From Planctomycetota bacterium (GTDB lineage Bacteria > Planctomycetota > UBA1135 > UBA2386), in contig OZ245006.1 of NCBI GenBank assembly GCA_965223545.1, positions 5,536,001 to 5,600,000 on the forward strand: DNA of 64,000 nucleotides, in the 5' to 3' direction. Positions within the stretch are counted from its first letter, which is position 1; each line of letters opens with the position of its first letter. Shown here piece after piece: positions 39,701 through 50,116 of this stretch. The notes under the pieces were generated by a model. The model saw only the letters and a program-made list of their open reading frames with translations, did not search any database and was not told where the DNA came from. Made by a program: the position numbers and the translations under genes.

Positions 39701-40307
39701 CACGGGCCGCGTGACCGGGGTTCGTCTCGCCGCGGGTGAGGTGGTCGCTGCGCTCGAGGTGGTGTTGGCGCCCGGCGCGGATCTGCACGTGCACGTGCGC
39801 GATGCCCGCGGCGCGCGCGGCAACGCGCTGTTGGCCGCTCTCGATGCCACAGGGCAGCCGTTGGCGCTGTCTGGCCGCGTGCTCACCGACGCCAGTGGCA
39901 ATGCCGTGCTGGCCGGGCTGCCGCCCGGTCGCTATCGCGTGCTCGCCGACGCCCCCGGCGCCGCCCCGGGTTTGTCGGCTCCGGTCGAGATCAGCGGCGG
40001 CATCGGTCCGCGGGTCGAGATCGTGCTGGCCTCGGGCGTCGAGGTAGTGGTCGAGGTCGACGCCGCCTCGGCGGCGTCGCTCGGGGGCCTGTCGGCCGCC
40101 TATCTGATGCGCGATCGGGAGGGCGCACTGGTGCGCAGCGGGCAGGCCGCGCTGCCGCGCGGTGGGGGCCGCGTCTCGCTCGGCGAGTTCGCCTCCGGTG
40201 AGTACGAAGTGCGCGTCATGACGGCGCTCGGCGAGTGGCGCCACGCGGTGAACGTGCCGCCGCAAGGCCCGGTCGTGTTGAAGCTCGAGGTCGAGCAGCT
40301 GCGCTGA
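36744..40307 (+). CDS. Large membrane-anchored protein of tandem carboxypeptidase-regulatory-like domains
   Basis: N-terminal TM; many GRVVDxxGxPVxxAxV...TDxxGxFxxxGLxxG repeats. Confidence 0.85.
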   Translation: MHFDLHRDAALGRSARGAARPAILAITAVLALSALVALLWRSADPTAAGEGGIAADVRGAPAAAMSTPLDGDVAAAGDRTLAIADGGASAQSVAAGSLHGRLVAPRGPWPGGGELELVPYERVDGGFMGMMGELMSAGGARGDRRRDRFVAALGLGDAIATSAVASDGRFRFAAPPAGRYSLRLLHDRLSVPREFVVEAQAAVDVDVGDVPTESSGSLLVLVSDPAGQPIAGARLLLGGRVDPAALQNPESLRDMQSVMRKMMPDRGETDARGAHRFVGLRDLEWRLLVRAEDYVEQLVEVLAAPGRETVLRVALRRGGGLEVVVGGPDGAPYEEARVRVWDPVASEAMQPFAGAVQLRRARGITERTDAGGVARFSGLPPGTVRVGLRTPGFFAADHEVAVVEGRTARLELDLDLGVTVAGRVVDEEGEPVADARVRHVAALGESIMGIDLEGAIGVDVLGGDVERTGLRCAEDGRFEVGGFELDEEVHLVADAPGYVPTRAEPVKAGTTDVELRLRRAAVVRGRVVAGVDGGPVPEFSVALSRRVMLVMDRPVGRQRVSGAENGEFVLEELPRDRLTLRVDAPGFGPQQVVVDTTPGDVDVGTVELELPAAVAGVVLDPDGVPVADAAVRVARGGMLDSVVMAGLTGADLVRTGQRGEFRIDGLRAKRVRLLADADGYGPARSAPVALQAGSVVDGVVLQLAVGGRLRGTIVRGDGQPLASWQVRLTSSDGGSLQQTESDAAGVFRLDGLAAGAHKIEAFPPDLLQRFGAAGLPDPSSREFDIGGLIEKATRWTVRDRVVVRDGEVAEIELVFDEEGFGDSLASVQGTVSVGAEPLDDGVVTWQSLGAAGPPRLVGVRDGRFEVHGVRPGTYRVQAQDGILSAPIGRAVEVVVRDAGTVGVHVDLPAGRIEGRVVSAADGTPVAGVALRWVEAGAGDAVDLDQMLLGEGTALTGDDGRFAFRGLSPGSYDVVAREIGIAGGERRTGRVTGVRLAAGEVVAALEVVLAPGADLHVHVRDARGARGNALLAALDATGQPLALSGRVLTDASGNAVLAGLPPGRYRVLADAPGAAPGLSAPVEISGGIGPRVEIVLASGVEVVVEVDAASAASLGGLSAAYLMRDREGALVRSGQAALPRGGGRVSLGEFASGEYEVRVMTALGEWRHAVNVPPQGPVVLKLEVEQLR

Positions 40308-40367
40308 GGTCGTCGCGTGCGGGCTTCGGCCGCGCAAGAACGCCGTTGCGATACGATCGAGGGGAAC

Positions 40368-42113
40368 ATGTCCGCCCACCTGTGTCCCTGGTTCCGGGCC
40401 CTGGTCGTTTTCGTCGCCGCCGCCGCCGCGCCGGTCGCGCCCGCGCAACCCGGGCGCGCCGACGGAGGGCAGCGGACCAGGGAGGCGCCGATGATGACCG
40501 GCGCGGCGCGCACCGGGATGCGCACCACCCCAGTTTGGACCGTTGGCGAAGAGCACCGCGGCCGCGACGTCAACCTGCGGCGTTACGGCCACCGCTACGT
40601 CGGCAAGCCCGATGGAATCGGCGCCTTCGCGGTCGATGCGCGCACGGTGCGCGTGCTGAGCACTCACGAGCTCTTGGACGGAACGGGGTACCCCTACACC
40701 CTGGCCAACGGGGTGCAGCTGCGCGGTGCGCGCATCAGCTTCACCGACGTCCATCGCCGCACGCGCAAGGCGCGCGCCGGCGGCATGGCCTACCACACCA
40801 TCTACGACCGAGCCGGCGCCCCGGTGACCGATCCAGCGCAGCTGCACGAGGGGTGGAGCGCGTTCGTCGACGGCGGTCTCGATCGCCTGTGCTCCGCGGT
40901 TTGGCGCGCGGCGGGCGTCCACGGCCTGCGCGACGACGTGTTCTTCGCCGGTGAGGAGGCGGCGGAGTTCGGTCTGACTCCGGCGCAGGGCCATGGCGGT
41001 CAGCTGTTCGCCCTCGACCCGCGCGCCGGTGTCCTGTACGCGGCGCCGATGCTCGGTCGCGCGGCGTTCGAGAACGTCGCGCTGCTCGCGAACCACGGCA
41101 CCGACAAGGTGGTGGTCGCCATCGCCGATGACCGCGCTGCCGCGCCGCTCTATCTGTACGTGGGTGAGCGCGACGCCGCGCCTGCCGGCAGCTACTCACC
41201 GCCCAGCTTTCTGCGTCGCAACGGCCTGGGGATGGGGCGCCTGTTCGTGTGGGTGGCGGACAACGGCGCGGTCACGCCGGAGATGTTCAACGGCACCGGC
41301 GCCGCGGTGAACGGCCGGTTCGTGCCGGTGCGCGGCTTCGACCCCGTGTTCGCCGGGGCGCCGGGATACGACGGGCTGGGGTTCGCCTCGATGGCGGCGC
41401 TGGATGCGCAGGCGACCGCCGCCGGCGCGTTTCGCTTCTCGCGGCCGGAGGACATCGCCACGGATCCCGCCGACGGCACGCGGGCGGTGTTCGCGTCGAC
41501 CGGCAACGGCGCGTTGTTCCCGGCCGACAACTGGGGGACCACCTACATCGTCGATCTCGACGACCGCTCGCTGCGCAGCAGCTTGCGGCTGCCGTTGGCG
41601 CAGATCGGCGCGCTCGGCGCCCGCTTGTCGATCCTCTACGACGGCGACGACGCGGGCGGCGGGCAGTTCGTCCACCCCGATGCCGGGCTGCGCAGTCCGG
41701 ACAATCTCGACTGGGCCGCGGATGGGGCGGTCTACGTGCAGGAGGATCGGGCGACGGCGCCGCGCACGCTGTTCGGCAGCGTCAGCGGGGTCGAGGCGTC
41801 GCTCTGGCGGTTGGACCCCATCACCGGCGCCGCGGTGCGGGTCGCGGTCGTCGACCGCGCCGCCGTGCCGACCGGGCAGACCGACCAGTTCGCCGGCGTG
41901 CTGGGCACGTGGGAATCGACGGGAGTCGTGGATGTCGGCCACTTGTTCACCACCGCCCCCGGGGAGCGGCTGCTCCTGTTGCATGTCCAGGCGCACGGCC
42001 TGACCAGTCCGGCGGGCGTCGGGTTGGCGCGGGGCGGAGTACAGGCCACGGATCTGTTCGGCGGTGGCCAGCTCTTGTTCGCCTCCAGCAGTCGCGGCGC
42101 GGGGCGTCGATGA
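40368..42113 (+). CDS. PhoX/DUF839-like secreted phosphatase
   Basis: Signal peptide; PDGIG, HEL, RLCSA, GRAAFENV, RPED, SPDNL, VQED, WESTG. Confidence 0.8.
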   Translation: MSAHLCPWFRALVVFVAAAAAPVAPAQPGRADGGQRTREAPMMTGAARTGMRTTPVWTVGEEHRGRDVNLRRYGHRYVGKPDGIGAFAVDARTVRVLSTHELLDGTGYPYTLANGVQLRGARISFTDVHRRTRKARAGGMAYHTIYDRAGAPVTDPAQLHEGWSAFVDGGLDRLCSAVWRAAGVHGLRDDVFFAGEEAAEFGLTPAQGHGGQLFALDPRAGVLYAAPMLGRAAFENVALLANHGTDKVVVAIADDRAAAPLYLYVGERDAAPAGSYSPPSFLRRNGLGMGRLFVWVADNGAVTPEMFNGTGAAVNGRFVPVRGFDPVFAGAPGYDGLGFASMAALDAQATAAGAFRFSRPEDIATDPADGTRAVFASTGNGALFPADNWGTTYIVDLDDRSLRSSLRLPLAQIGALGARLSILYDGDDAGGGQFVHPDAGLRSPDNLDWAADGAVYVQEDRATAPRTLFGSVSGVEASLWRLDPITGAAVRVAVVDRAAVPTGQTDQFAGVLGTWESTGVVDVGHLFTTAPGERLLLLHVQAHGLTSPAGVGLARGGVQATDLFGGGQLLFASSSRGAGRR

Positions 42114-43762
42114 GCCTCCGGCGCCACGAATCGTCGAGCGGCGACAACATTCTCGAGGCGTCGTCGCCGCCTTGGCAGCGACGCTGCCGCGCCGGAGGCT
42201 CGGAGAGACAGTGCCTCCGGGCTCAGCGCGGCGGCGGATGTGTCGGGCCTTCCAAGCCGCTCCGGCAAAAGCGGCATCCGAGTTTGGTTGCGGCCGTGGC
42301 CGCGCTGAGCCTCCGGCGCCACGAATCGTCGAGCGGCGACAACATTCTCGAGGCGTCGTCGCCGCCTTGGCAACGTCGCCGCCGCGCCGGAGGCTCGGAG
42401 AGACAGTGCCTCCGGGCTCAGCGCGGCGGCGGATGTGTCAGGCCTTCCAAGCCGCTCCGGAAAAAGCGGCATCCGAGTTTGGTTGCGGCCGTGGCCGCGC
42501 TGAGCCTCCGGCGCCACGAATCGTCGAGCGGCGACAACATTCTCGAGGCGTCGTCGCCGCCTTGGCAACGTCGCCGCCGCGCCGGAGGCTCGGAGAGACA
42601 GTGCCTCCTGGCTCAGTGCGGCGGCGGATGTGTCGGGCCTTCCAAGCCGCTCCGGCAAAAGCGGCATCCGAGTTTGGTTGCGGCCGTGGCCGCGCTGAGC
42701 CTCCGGCGGCGGGGCGAGACCCCGGGGCGGTGGCCCCTGCTGTTGGCCGGCGCGCTGATCCTGCCGTGGTGGCTGTCGCCGGGATCGGTGGCGGCGGCTG
42801 GCGAGCGCGTGCGCGGAGTGACGATCTCGACGCACGGCAGCGGCCGCGACTGGGGCCACGACGTGATCGTGCCGACGATCGCCGAGATCCGGTCGATCGG
42901 CGCCGGCTGGGTCGCCACCCATCCGTACGCGCGGATCGGCGCGGATGGGAGTGTGCGTTTTGCCGACTTCGCCGACGGCGAGCCACCGGAGTACCTGGTG
43001 CGGCCGATCCGCGAAGCCCACGCGCAGGGGATGAAGATCTTGATCAAGCCGCACCTGGCCTACTGGGGGTCGCCGTTCGCGTGGCGGGGTGAGATCGAGT
43101 TCGACGCCGAGCAGGCCTGGCAGCGGTTCTTCGCCGACTACGAGCGCTGGATCGTCAAGCTGGCGCGCGCCTGTCGCGCGGCCGACGCGTTTGCGGTCGG
43201 CACCGAGCTCGATCGCACCGTGCATCGCGAGGCCCGCTGGCGCGCGATCATCGACCGAGTGCGCGCGGCGACGCCGGCGCCGCTGACCTACGCGGCAAAC
43301 TGGACCGACTACCGGCGGGTGCCGTTCTGGGACGCGGTCGACGCGATCGGCATCCAGGCCTACTTTCCGCTGGCCGAGCGGGCCGCGCCCTCGCGCCAGC
43401 AGCTGCGCGATGGCTGGGCCCGGCTGATGACCGGACTGCGCGCCTACTCCGTCGCGCGCGGCCGCCACATCGTGTTCACCGAGCTCGGCTACAACCGGTC
43501 GCACCAGGCACCGGTGCGGCCCTGGGAGGCGCATTCCGACGGCGCCGACGCAGAGGCGATCCAGCTCGCGTGTTTGGCGACTGCGCTGGAGGCGATCGAG
43601 CGCGAGCCGCGCGTCGTCGGTGCGTTCTTGTGGAAGTGGTTCCCCGGCGAATACGGCCGGCGCGGTAACTTCCGCGTCGACGCGCCCGCGGTGCGCGCCC
43701 TCATCGCGCGCCACTGGCGGCCGCTGCAGCGTGCCCGGGTCAGCCCTCGATCAGACCGATGA
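42110..43762 (+). CDS. Glycoside hydrolase family 113-like TIM barrel; first 195 codons are repeat-derived, so the true start is uncertain
   Basis: KILIKPHL, WRGEI, VGTEL, TYAANW, GIQAYFPL, FTELGY, GAFLWKW; signal-like segment follows the repeats. Confidence 0.82.
   Translation: MSLRRHESSSGDNILEASSPPWQRRCRAGGSERQCLRAQRGGGCVGPSKPLRQKRHPSLVAAVAALSLRRHESSSGDNILEASSPPWQRRRRAGGSERQCLRAQRGGGCVRPSKPLRKKRHPSLVAAVAALSLRRHESSSGDNILEASSPPWQRRRRAGGSERQCLLAQCGGGCVGPSKPLRQKRHPSLVAAVAALSLRRRGETPGRWPLLLAGALILPWWLSPGSVAAAGERVRGVTISTHGSGRDWGHDVIVPTIAEIRSIGAGWVATHPYARIGADGSVRFADFADGEPPEYLVRPIREAHAQGMKILIKPHLAYWGSPFAWRGEIEFDAEQAWQRFFADYERWIVKLARACRAADAFAVGTELDRTVHREARWRAIIDRVRAATPAPLTYAANWTDYRRVPFWDAVDAIGIQAYFPLAERAAPSRQQLRDGWARLMTGLRAYSVARGRHIVFTELGYNRSHQAPVRPWEAHSDGADAEAIQLACLATALEAIEREPRVVGAFLWKWFPGEYGRRGNFRVDAPAVRALIARHWRPLQRARVSPRSDR
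42111..42708 (+). repeat. Tandem array of three near-identical 195-bp palindromic units plus a 13-bp partial copy
   Basis: TGAGCCTCCGGCG recurs at 42111, 42306, 42501 and 42696; units end GTTTGGTTGCGGCCGTGGCCGCGC. Confidence 0.97.
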
Positions 43763-44960
43763 GCCGGTCGACGGCTTCGTCGACGAACGCGGGGTCCTCG
43801 GCGTGCGTCGGGCGCTCGACCAGCTCGATGCCCGGCGGCAGCTTGGCCTTGATCGCCGCGAAGAACGCCGCGTCGCTGTCGGTGTCGCGCAGCGGCCCGC
43901 CCGGCATGGCGTAGCGACCGGTGCCGTCGGTCGGCAGCATCATCACTGCCCGTCCCTTGGTGTGTGCCAGCCGCTCGGTGATCGAATCCGCGACGCGCAC
44001 GATCTCGTCGGCGCGCAGGCGCGGGACGAAGACGACGGGGCTGTGGAACACGTGCGTGTGCTCGCGATACTCGTCCGGCACCTCGTTGGCGGGCACGAGG
44101 ATGCCCAGGTGCTCGGCACCTCCCGGACACAGCACCTGTGGCAAGCCGAGTTCGCCGGCGACCGTCAGCCGGTCGGCCGAGCCGGCGCGCAGGCAGCCGA
44201 ACACGGCGTCCGCGATCTCGCCCATGGCGTAGTCGAACACCGCGCCGATGATGCCCTCGCGCATCAGCTGCTCCATCGCGCGGCCGCCCGAGCCCACCGC
44301 GTGGAAGACGATCGTCTCGTAACCGCGCTGCTCGAACCGCCGCACGGCGTGCAACGCTCCCTCGGTGAGCACACCGAGGTTGGTCATCCCGATCAGCGGC
44401 TTGTCGCGCGGTGCGCCCGCGAGCACGCGGCTGACTTGTGCCATGCCGTGCACGGCACCCGCGGCGTTGGTCAGCAGCTGGCGGGTGAACGAGTTGAGCC
44501 CCAGGATGTCTCCCACCGAGAACATCATGGTGACGTCCTTGATGTCGACGTACGACGAGGTGTCGCCCGAAGCCACCGTCGACACCATGACCTTGGGCAC
44601 GCCGTACGGCAGTGTGCGCATGATCTGAGTGCACGCCGCGGTACCCTGCAATCCGCCGAGGCCGATGACGGCGTCGATCCCGCCGTGGCCGACGGCCTTG
44701 GCCAGCAGCGCGCTGGCGCCGGCCACCATCACCGGTGCCGCGGCCTCGCGCGTCGGACTGGCCCGCAGTTGCTGCAGATCGGTGCCACCCGCGTTGGCGA
44801 TCTCCTCGCGGCTGACGTCGGCGGCAATGGCGGGCGTGCCGATCACGCCGAGGTCGAAGATCACCGGTGTGCTGCCGAGTGCGGTCAGCTGCTCCTGCAG
44901 CAGCCGGGCTTCGTCACCCTTGGTGTCGAGTGTGGCGAGAATGGCAATGCGTTTGCTCAT
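43740..44960 (-). CDS. UPF0261 / Tm-1-like ATP-binding domain protein
   Basis: ATLDTKGDE, LPYGVPKVMVSTVASG, DILGLN, VFHAVGSGGRAME. Confidence 0.92.
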   Translation of the reverse strand: MSKRIAILATLDTKGDEARLLQEQLTALGSTPVIFDLGVIGTPAIAADVSREEIANAGGTDLQQLRASPTREAAAPVMVAGASALLAKAVGHGGIDAVIGLGGLQGTAACTQIMRTLPYGVPKVMVSTVASGDTSSYVDIKDVTMMFSVGDILGLNSFTRQLLTNAAGAVHGMAQVSRVLAGAPRDKPLIGMTNLGVLTEGALHAVRRFEQRGYETIVFHAVGSGGRAMEQLMREGIIGAVFDYAMGEIADAVFGCLRAGSADRLTVAGELGLPQVLCPGGAEHLGILVPANEVPDEYREHTHVFHSPVVFVPRLRADEIVRVADSITERLAHTKGRAVMMLPTDGTGRYAMPGGPLRDTDSDAAFFAAIKAKLPPGIELVERPTHAEDPAFVDEAVDRLIGLIEG

Positions 44961-44976
44961 CGGGGATGCCTGTTGC

Positions 44977-45840
44977 TCAGCGATTGTCGGGAAAGCGCAG
45001 ACTGGCGAACTCGGTGGCGGCGGCGAGGACGGCGCGTTCGATCGGCAGGCGCTCCGTCGACGAGCCGGTCCAGATGCCGTCACACGTGGTGTGATCGAGC
45101 AAATACTGAGCGTCCTCTGGAGTCTCCATCGCCGCTCCGTGCGCGACCAGGATCAGGTCCTTCTTGAGCGCGCGCAGCTGTTGGTTCGCCGACTCCGTCC
45201 GCGCAGCGGTGACGTCGATGGTCTCGCCCGAGTCGTAGCCGCGCAGGCCGCCCTTGGTCGTACCGGCGTGGAAGCAGAACACGTCGGGCTGCGCCTCCTC
45301 CACCAGCTGGCAGCTGTCCTCTTCGTCGAAGGCCAAGCCGATCGTGACCAAGCCCATCTCCTTGGCCAAGGCGAGCATCTCGACCTCTTGCTTGAAGGTG
45401 ATGCCGCTCTTGGTCAGCACCTTGTAGATCTGACTGTCCTTGTCGACGTAGCTGATGGAGGGGCCGATGTTGGATACCGACATCGCGCCCATGGCCTTGC
45501 AGCGCTCGAGCACGGTGACCATGTCCTTCAGCGGGTCGTTGGCATTGAGGCAGGCGCAGACGAACGCGTCGCCGCGCATCGCCGGCATGATGTCCTGCTC
45601 GGTGTAGTCGAGCGTTTGCTTGTTGGAGTCGAGGATCGGCCACAACATCGACATCGTGCCCATCCCGTTGGCGCGCAGGCGGGCGCCGGAGAAGGTGTTG
45701 ACGCAGTCGGCGCCGGCCTTCTCCAGCAGCTGGGCGACGAGGCCGCTGCCGGCGCTGGCGATGTAGACCGGGATGCGGCTTTCGACCTTGTGGCGGAGCT
45801 TTTTGAGAATGGCTTCACGCGTCGTGCGGGGGACGATCAA
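44977..45840 (-). CDS. TIM-barrel signal transduction / PEP-hydrolase family protein
   Basis: GAGGAG RBS before TTG; SAGSGLVA, HAGTTKGG, AHG, GSSTERLPIE; adjacent to UPF0261. Confidence 0.9.
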   Translation of the reverse strand: MIVPRTTREAILKKLRHKVESRIPVYIASAGSGLVAQLLEKAGADCVNTFSGARLRANGMGTMSMLWPILDSNKQTLDYTEQDIMPAMRGDAFVCACLNANDPLKDMVTVLERCKAMGAMSVSNIGPSISYVDKDSQIYKVLTKSGITFKQEVEMLALAKEMGLVTIGLAFDEEDSCQLVEEAQPDVFCFHAGTTKGGLRGYDSGETIDVTAARTESANQQLRALKKDLILVAHGAAMETPEDAQYLLDHTTCDGIWTGSSTERLPIERAVLAAATEFASLRFPDNR

Positions 45841-45942
45841 CGGTCTCCTCGTGGATGGTGGCTGTCGAGCTCGCGCCATCATGCCGGCGGCGACTGCCGC
45901 GGACCACGCCGGACAGCATCCCCGTCGGGATTGTCGCTGCGG

Positions 45943-46293
45943 TCAGTGCGCCGGCGTCTCGTCCAGCCACGCCAGCGTGCGGCGCGGAAGCCCGTCGCGC
46001 ACCGCGGTCATCAGCTGCTCGCCGTCGGCGACGAAGGCCTCGGCCTCGCGCAGCAGCGGCGCGATCGCGCTGTCGACCCAGGCGGCTTGCCGCGGCGTCG
46101 GTGGCGCCGGCGGCGAACGCATGAGCAGGAGGCACAGCGCGATGCCGGCGGCAACCGCGACGCCGCTCCACACCAGCCGCGAGGTCGAACGCGGCGGCAA
46201 CCGGCGCAGGCGGTGCCGCGTGGCTCGCTCCGGCGCCGCGTCCCACGCAGCGGCATCGCGGCGCAGGCGGTCTTCCAGCCAGTCAGCGGTCAT
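45943..46293 (-). CDS. Small single-TM protein, probable anti-sigma factor
   Basis: MTADWLEDRLRRDA...TM GVAVAAGIALCLLL; overlaps the ECF stop. Confidence 0.65.
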   Translation of the reverse strand: MTADWLEDRLRRDAAAWDAAPERATRHRLRRLPPRSTSRLVWSGVAVAAGIALCLLLMRSPPAPPTPRQAAWVDSAIAPLLREAEAFVADGEQLMTAVRDGLPRRTLAWLDETPAH

Positions 46294-46924
46294 GCGACAG
46301 ATCCTCGGCAGTGACGTCCTCGGTGGGGGTGGCCGCCTCGCGGGCGCGCCCGCGGGCGATGGCCGGCGCTGGCGCCGGCGCGCGGGGTGCCTCGGCAAGG
46401 CAGCGCGCCAGGCGCGCCCGCGCCCGGTGCAGCATAGCGCGCACCGCGTCCTCGCGCTTGCCGAGCAGGGTTCCGATCTCCGTCGCGGTCATCTCCTCGC
46501 CGTAGCGCAGCCACAGCGCGGTGCGCGCCTCCGCGCCGAGGACGTGCCGCGCGAGCTCCCAGAGGTTGTCGCTCTGCTCGCTCGCCTCGGCGGCCGCGGC
46601 GGGGTTTGGCCTTGGACACGCCGGGTCGTCCGCCACCGTCTCCGGCGGCGCTCTCCGGCGTTGGCGGTCGGTCGCCAGGTGGGCCGCGATGGCGAGCAGC
46701 CACGGCGCGTACGGCCGCCCGACGACGAACGAAGACCGCCGGTGCCAGGCGCGCAAGAAGGTCTCCTGCGTGAGCTCTTCGGCGTCCTGGCGGTGCGCGG
46801 TGCGCATCAACAAGAACCGGTAGACGCGCACCTCGTGGCGTTGCACGAGATCGGTGAACGCCCGGCGACACCCGTTGCGGGCCAGCCGGGCGAGCTCGTG
46901 CTCGTCACCGCGCGCGTCGGCCAT
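46283..46924 (-). CDS. ECF sigma-70 factor
   Basis: AFTDLVQRH, DAEELTQETFLRAW, PWLLAIA, EIGTLLG...VRAMLHRAR. Confidence 0.92.
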   Translation of the reverse strand: MADARGDEHELARLARNGCRRAFTDLVQRHEVRVYRFLLMRTAHRQDAEELTQETFLRAWHRRSSFVVGRPYAPWLLAIAAHLATDRQRRRAPPETVADDPACPRPNPAAAAEASEQSDNLWELARHVLGAEARTALWLRYGEEMTATEIGTLLGKREDAVRAMLHRARARLARCLAEAPRAPAPAPAIARGRAREAATPTEDVTAEDLSHDR

Positions 46925-46943
46925 GGTCCGGGTCGCCGGTGCC

Positions 46944-47930
46944 TCAGCGCCGCCTTCGGCGTTCCTGCTCGGCGCGCAGCTTGAGCTCCAGGCGTCCGTC
47001 CAAGGCCTCCTGCACGGCGTCGGCGTGGAGGGCGAACTCGAGGGTGAGCACGCTGTCGTCGACGCGCGTGCGCAGGCCGGTGATGGCTTCGCGTGCCGCC
47101 TCGGGCACCTCGTCACCCAGGCCGGCGAGCGAGGCGAGACCGCGGATCCCGTCGAGCACGGCGGCGATGTTGCGCGCGTCCTCGTCGTTGGCGGTGGCGA
47201 CGTGCGCGGTGAGCTGCAGCTCGCCGTCCACGGCGCGTAGATCGGCGACCACGGCCTGCACGCGATCGACGACCTTGGACGCCGTCGAGCCGCCGGCCAG
47301 CGCCCGCAGCGAGCAGAACAGCCGGACGCTGACCAGTGCGTCGTCGGCCGGAGCGATGCTGTCGCCATACTCGCCGTCGCCGATTCCCGGCGCTCTGCCG
47401 CGCAGCGCGCGCGCCGCACCCTCGATCGAGTCTCTGGTCTCGCCGAACAGCACACCGTGGCGGTCGTCGCCGAACCGGTGCAGGTACACGGCGCCGAGCT
47501 CCTCGCCGCGGCCGGCGTGCTCGACGCCGAGGGCCTCGGCGACGCGCTCGCTGTGCAGGCTGCGCACTCTGTCACCGTCGCCGGCGACCTCGCGCACGAT
47601 CGCCGCGCCGCGGTCGTCGGTGACCAGCAACACGCCGAACGGGCCGCCCTTGAGCCGGTCGCCGAAGAGCGTGACGGAGTGCACGTCGCGCAACAGCTCG
47701 AAGTCGAAACGGTCGCGCAGGCGTTGGCGCAGCTGGCGCATCCGCGTCGCGCTCTTGCCTTCGGCATGGCGCAGCAGCTCGTCCACGTCGAGCAGCCGGG
47801 CGATGGCGGGGACGTCGAAGCGCGCCAGCAGCTGCGTGCTGGCGGGCAGTCGGCCGAGATCTTGACCGCGGGCACAAACACCCGCCGAGGCGATCGCCGT
47901 CGCGATCAGCAGTGCGTGGTTCTTCATCAC
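46944..47930 (-). CDS. Hypothetical secreted protein, first gene of the ECF operon
   Basis: Signal peptide MKNHALLIATAIASAGVCARGQ; 19 bp gap to the ECF gene. Confidence 0.7.
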   Translation of the reverse strand: MMKNHALLIATAIASAGVCARGQDLGRLPASTQLLARFDVPAIARLLDVDELLRHAEGKSATRMRQLRQRLRDRFDFELLRDVHSVTLFGDRLKGGPFGVLLVTDDRGAAIVREVAGDGDRVRSLHSERVAEALGVEHAGRGEELGAVYLHRFGDDRHGVLFGETRDSIEGAARALRGRAPGIGDGEYGDSIAPADDALVSVRLFCSLRALAGGSTASKVVDRVQAVVADLRAVDGELQLTAHVATANDEDARNIAAVLDGIRGLASLAGLGDEVPEAAREAITGLRTRVDDSVLTLEFALHADAVQEALDGRLELKLRAEQERRRRR

Positions 47931-47998
47931 ACCATTGCCTACGCGTGAGCCCGACGCGGCGTGATGCGACCGGCAGACTTTCTGCCGAAAACCGCTGC

Positions 47999-50112
<2,114 letters not shown>

Positions 50113-50116
<4 letters not shown>

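Noticed and set aside
36738..41096. 1452-aa minus-strand ORF, and similar long ORFs such as 3134-6001, 22904-25546, 47912-49957 and 59664-61718
   Set aside because: Antisense shadows of well-supported genes in high-GC DNA; no recognisable motifs
42111..42708. CRISPR array
   Set aside because: Whole 195-bp units are near-identical, with no unique spacers and no cas genes
47971..47991. Hairpin CGGCAGA-CTT-TCTGCCG as terminator of the mutase operon
   Set aside because: The T-run precedes rather than follows the stem on the minus strand
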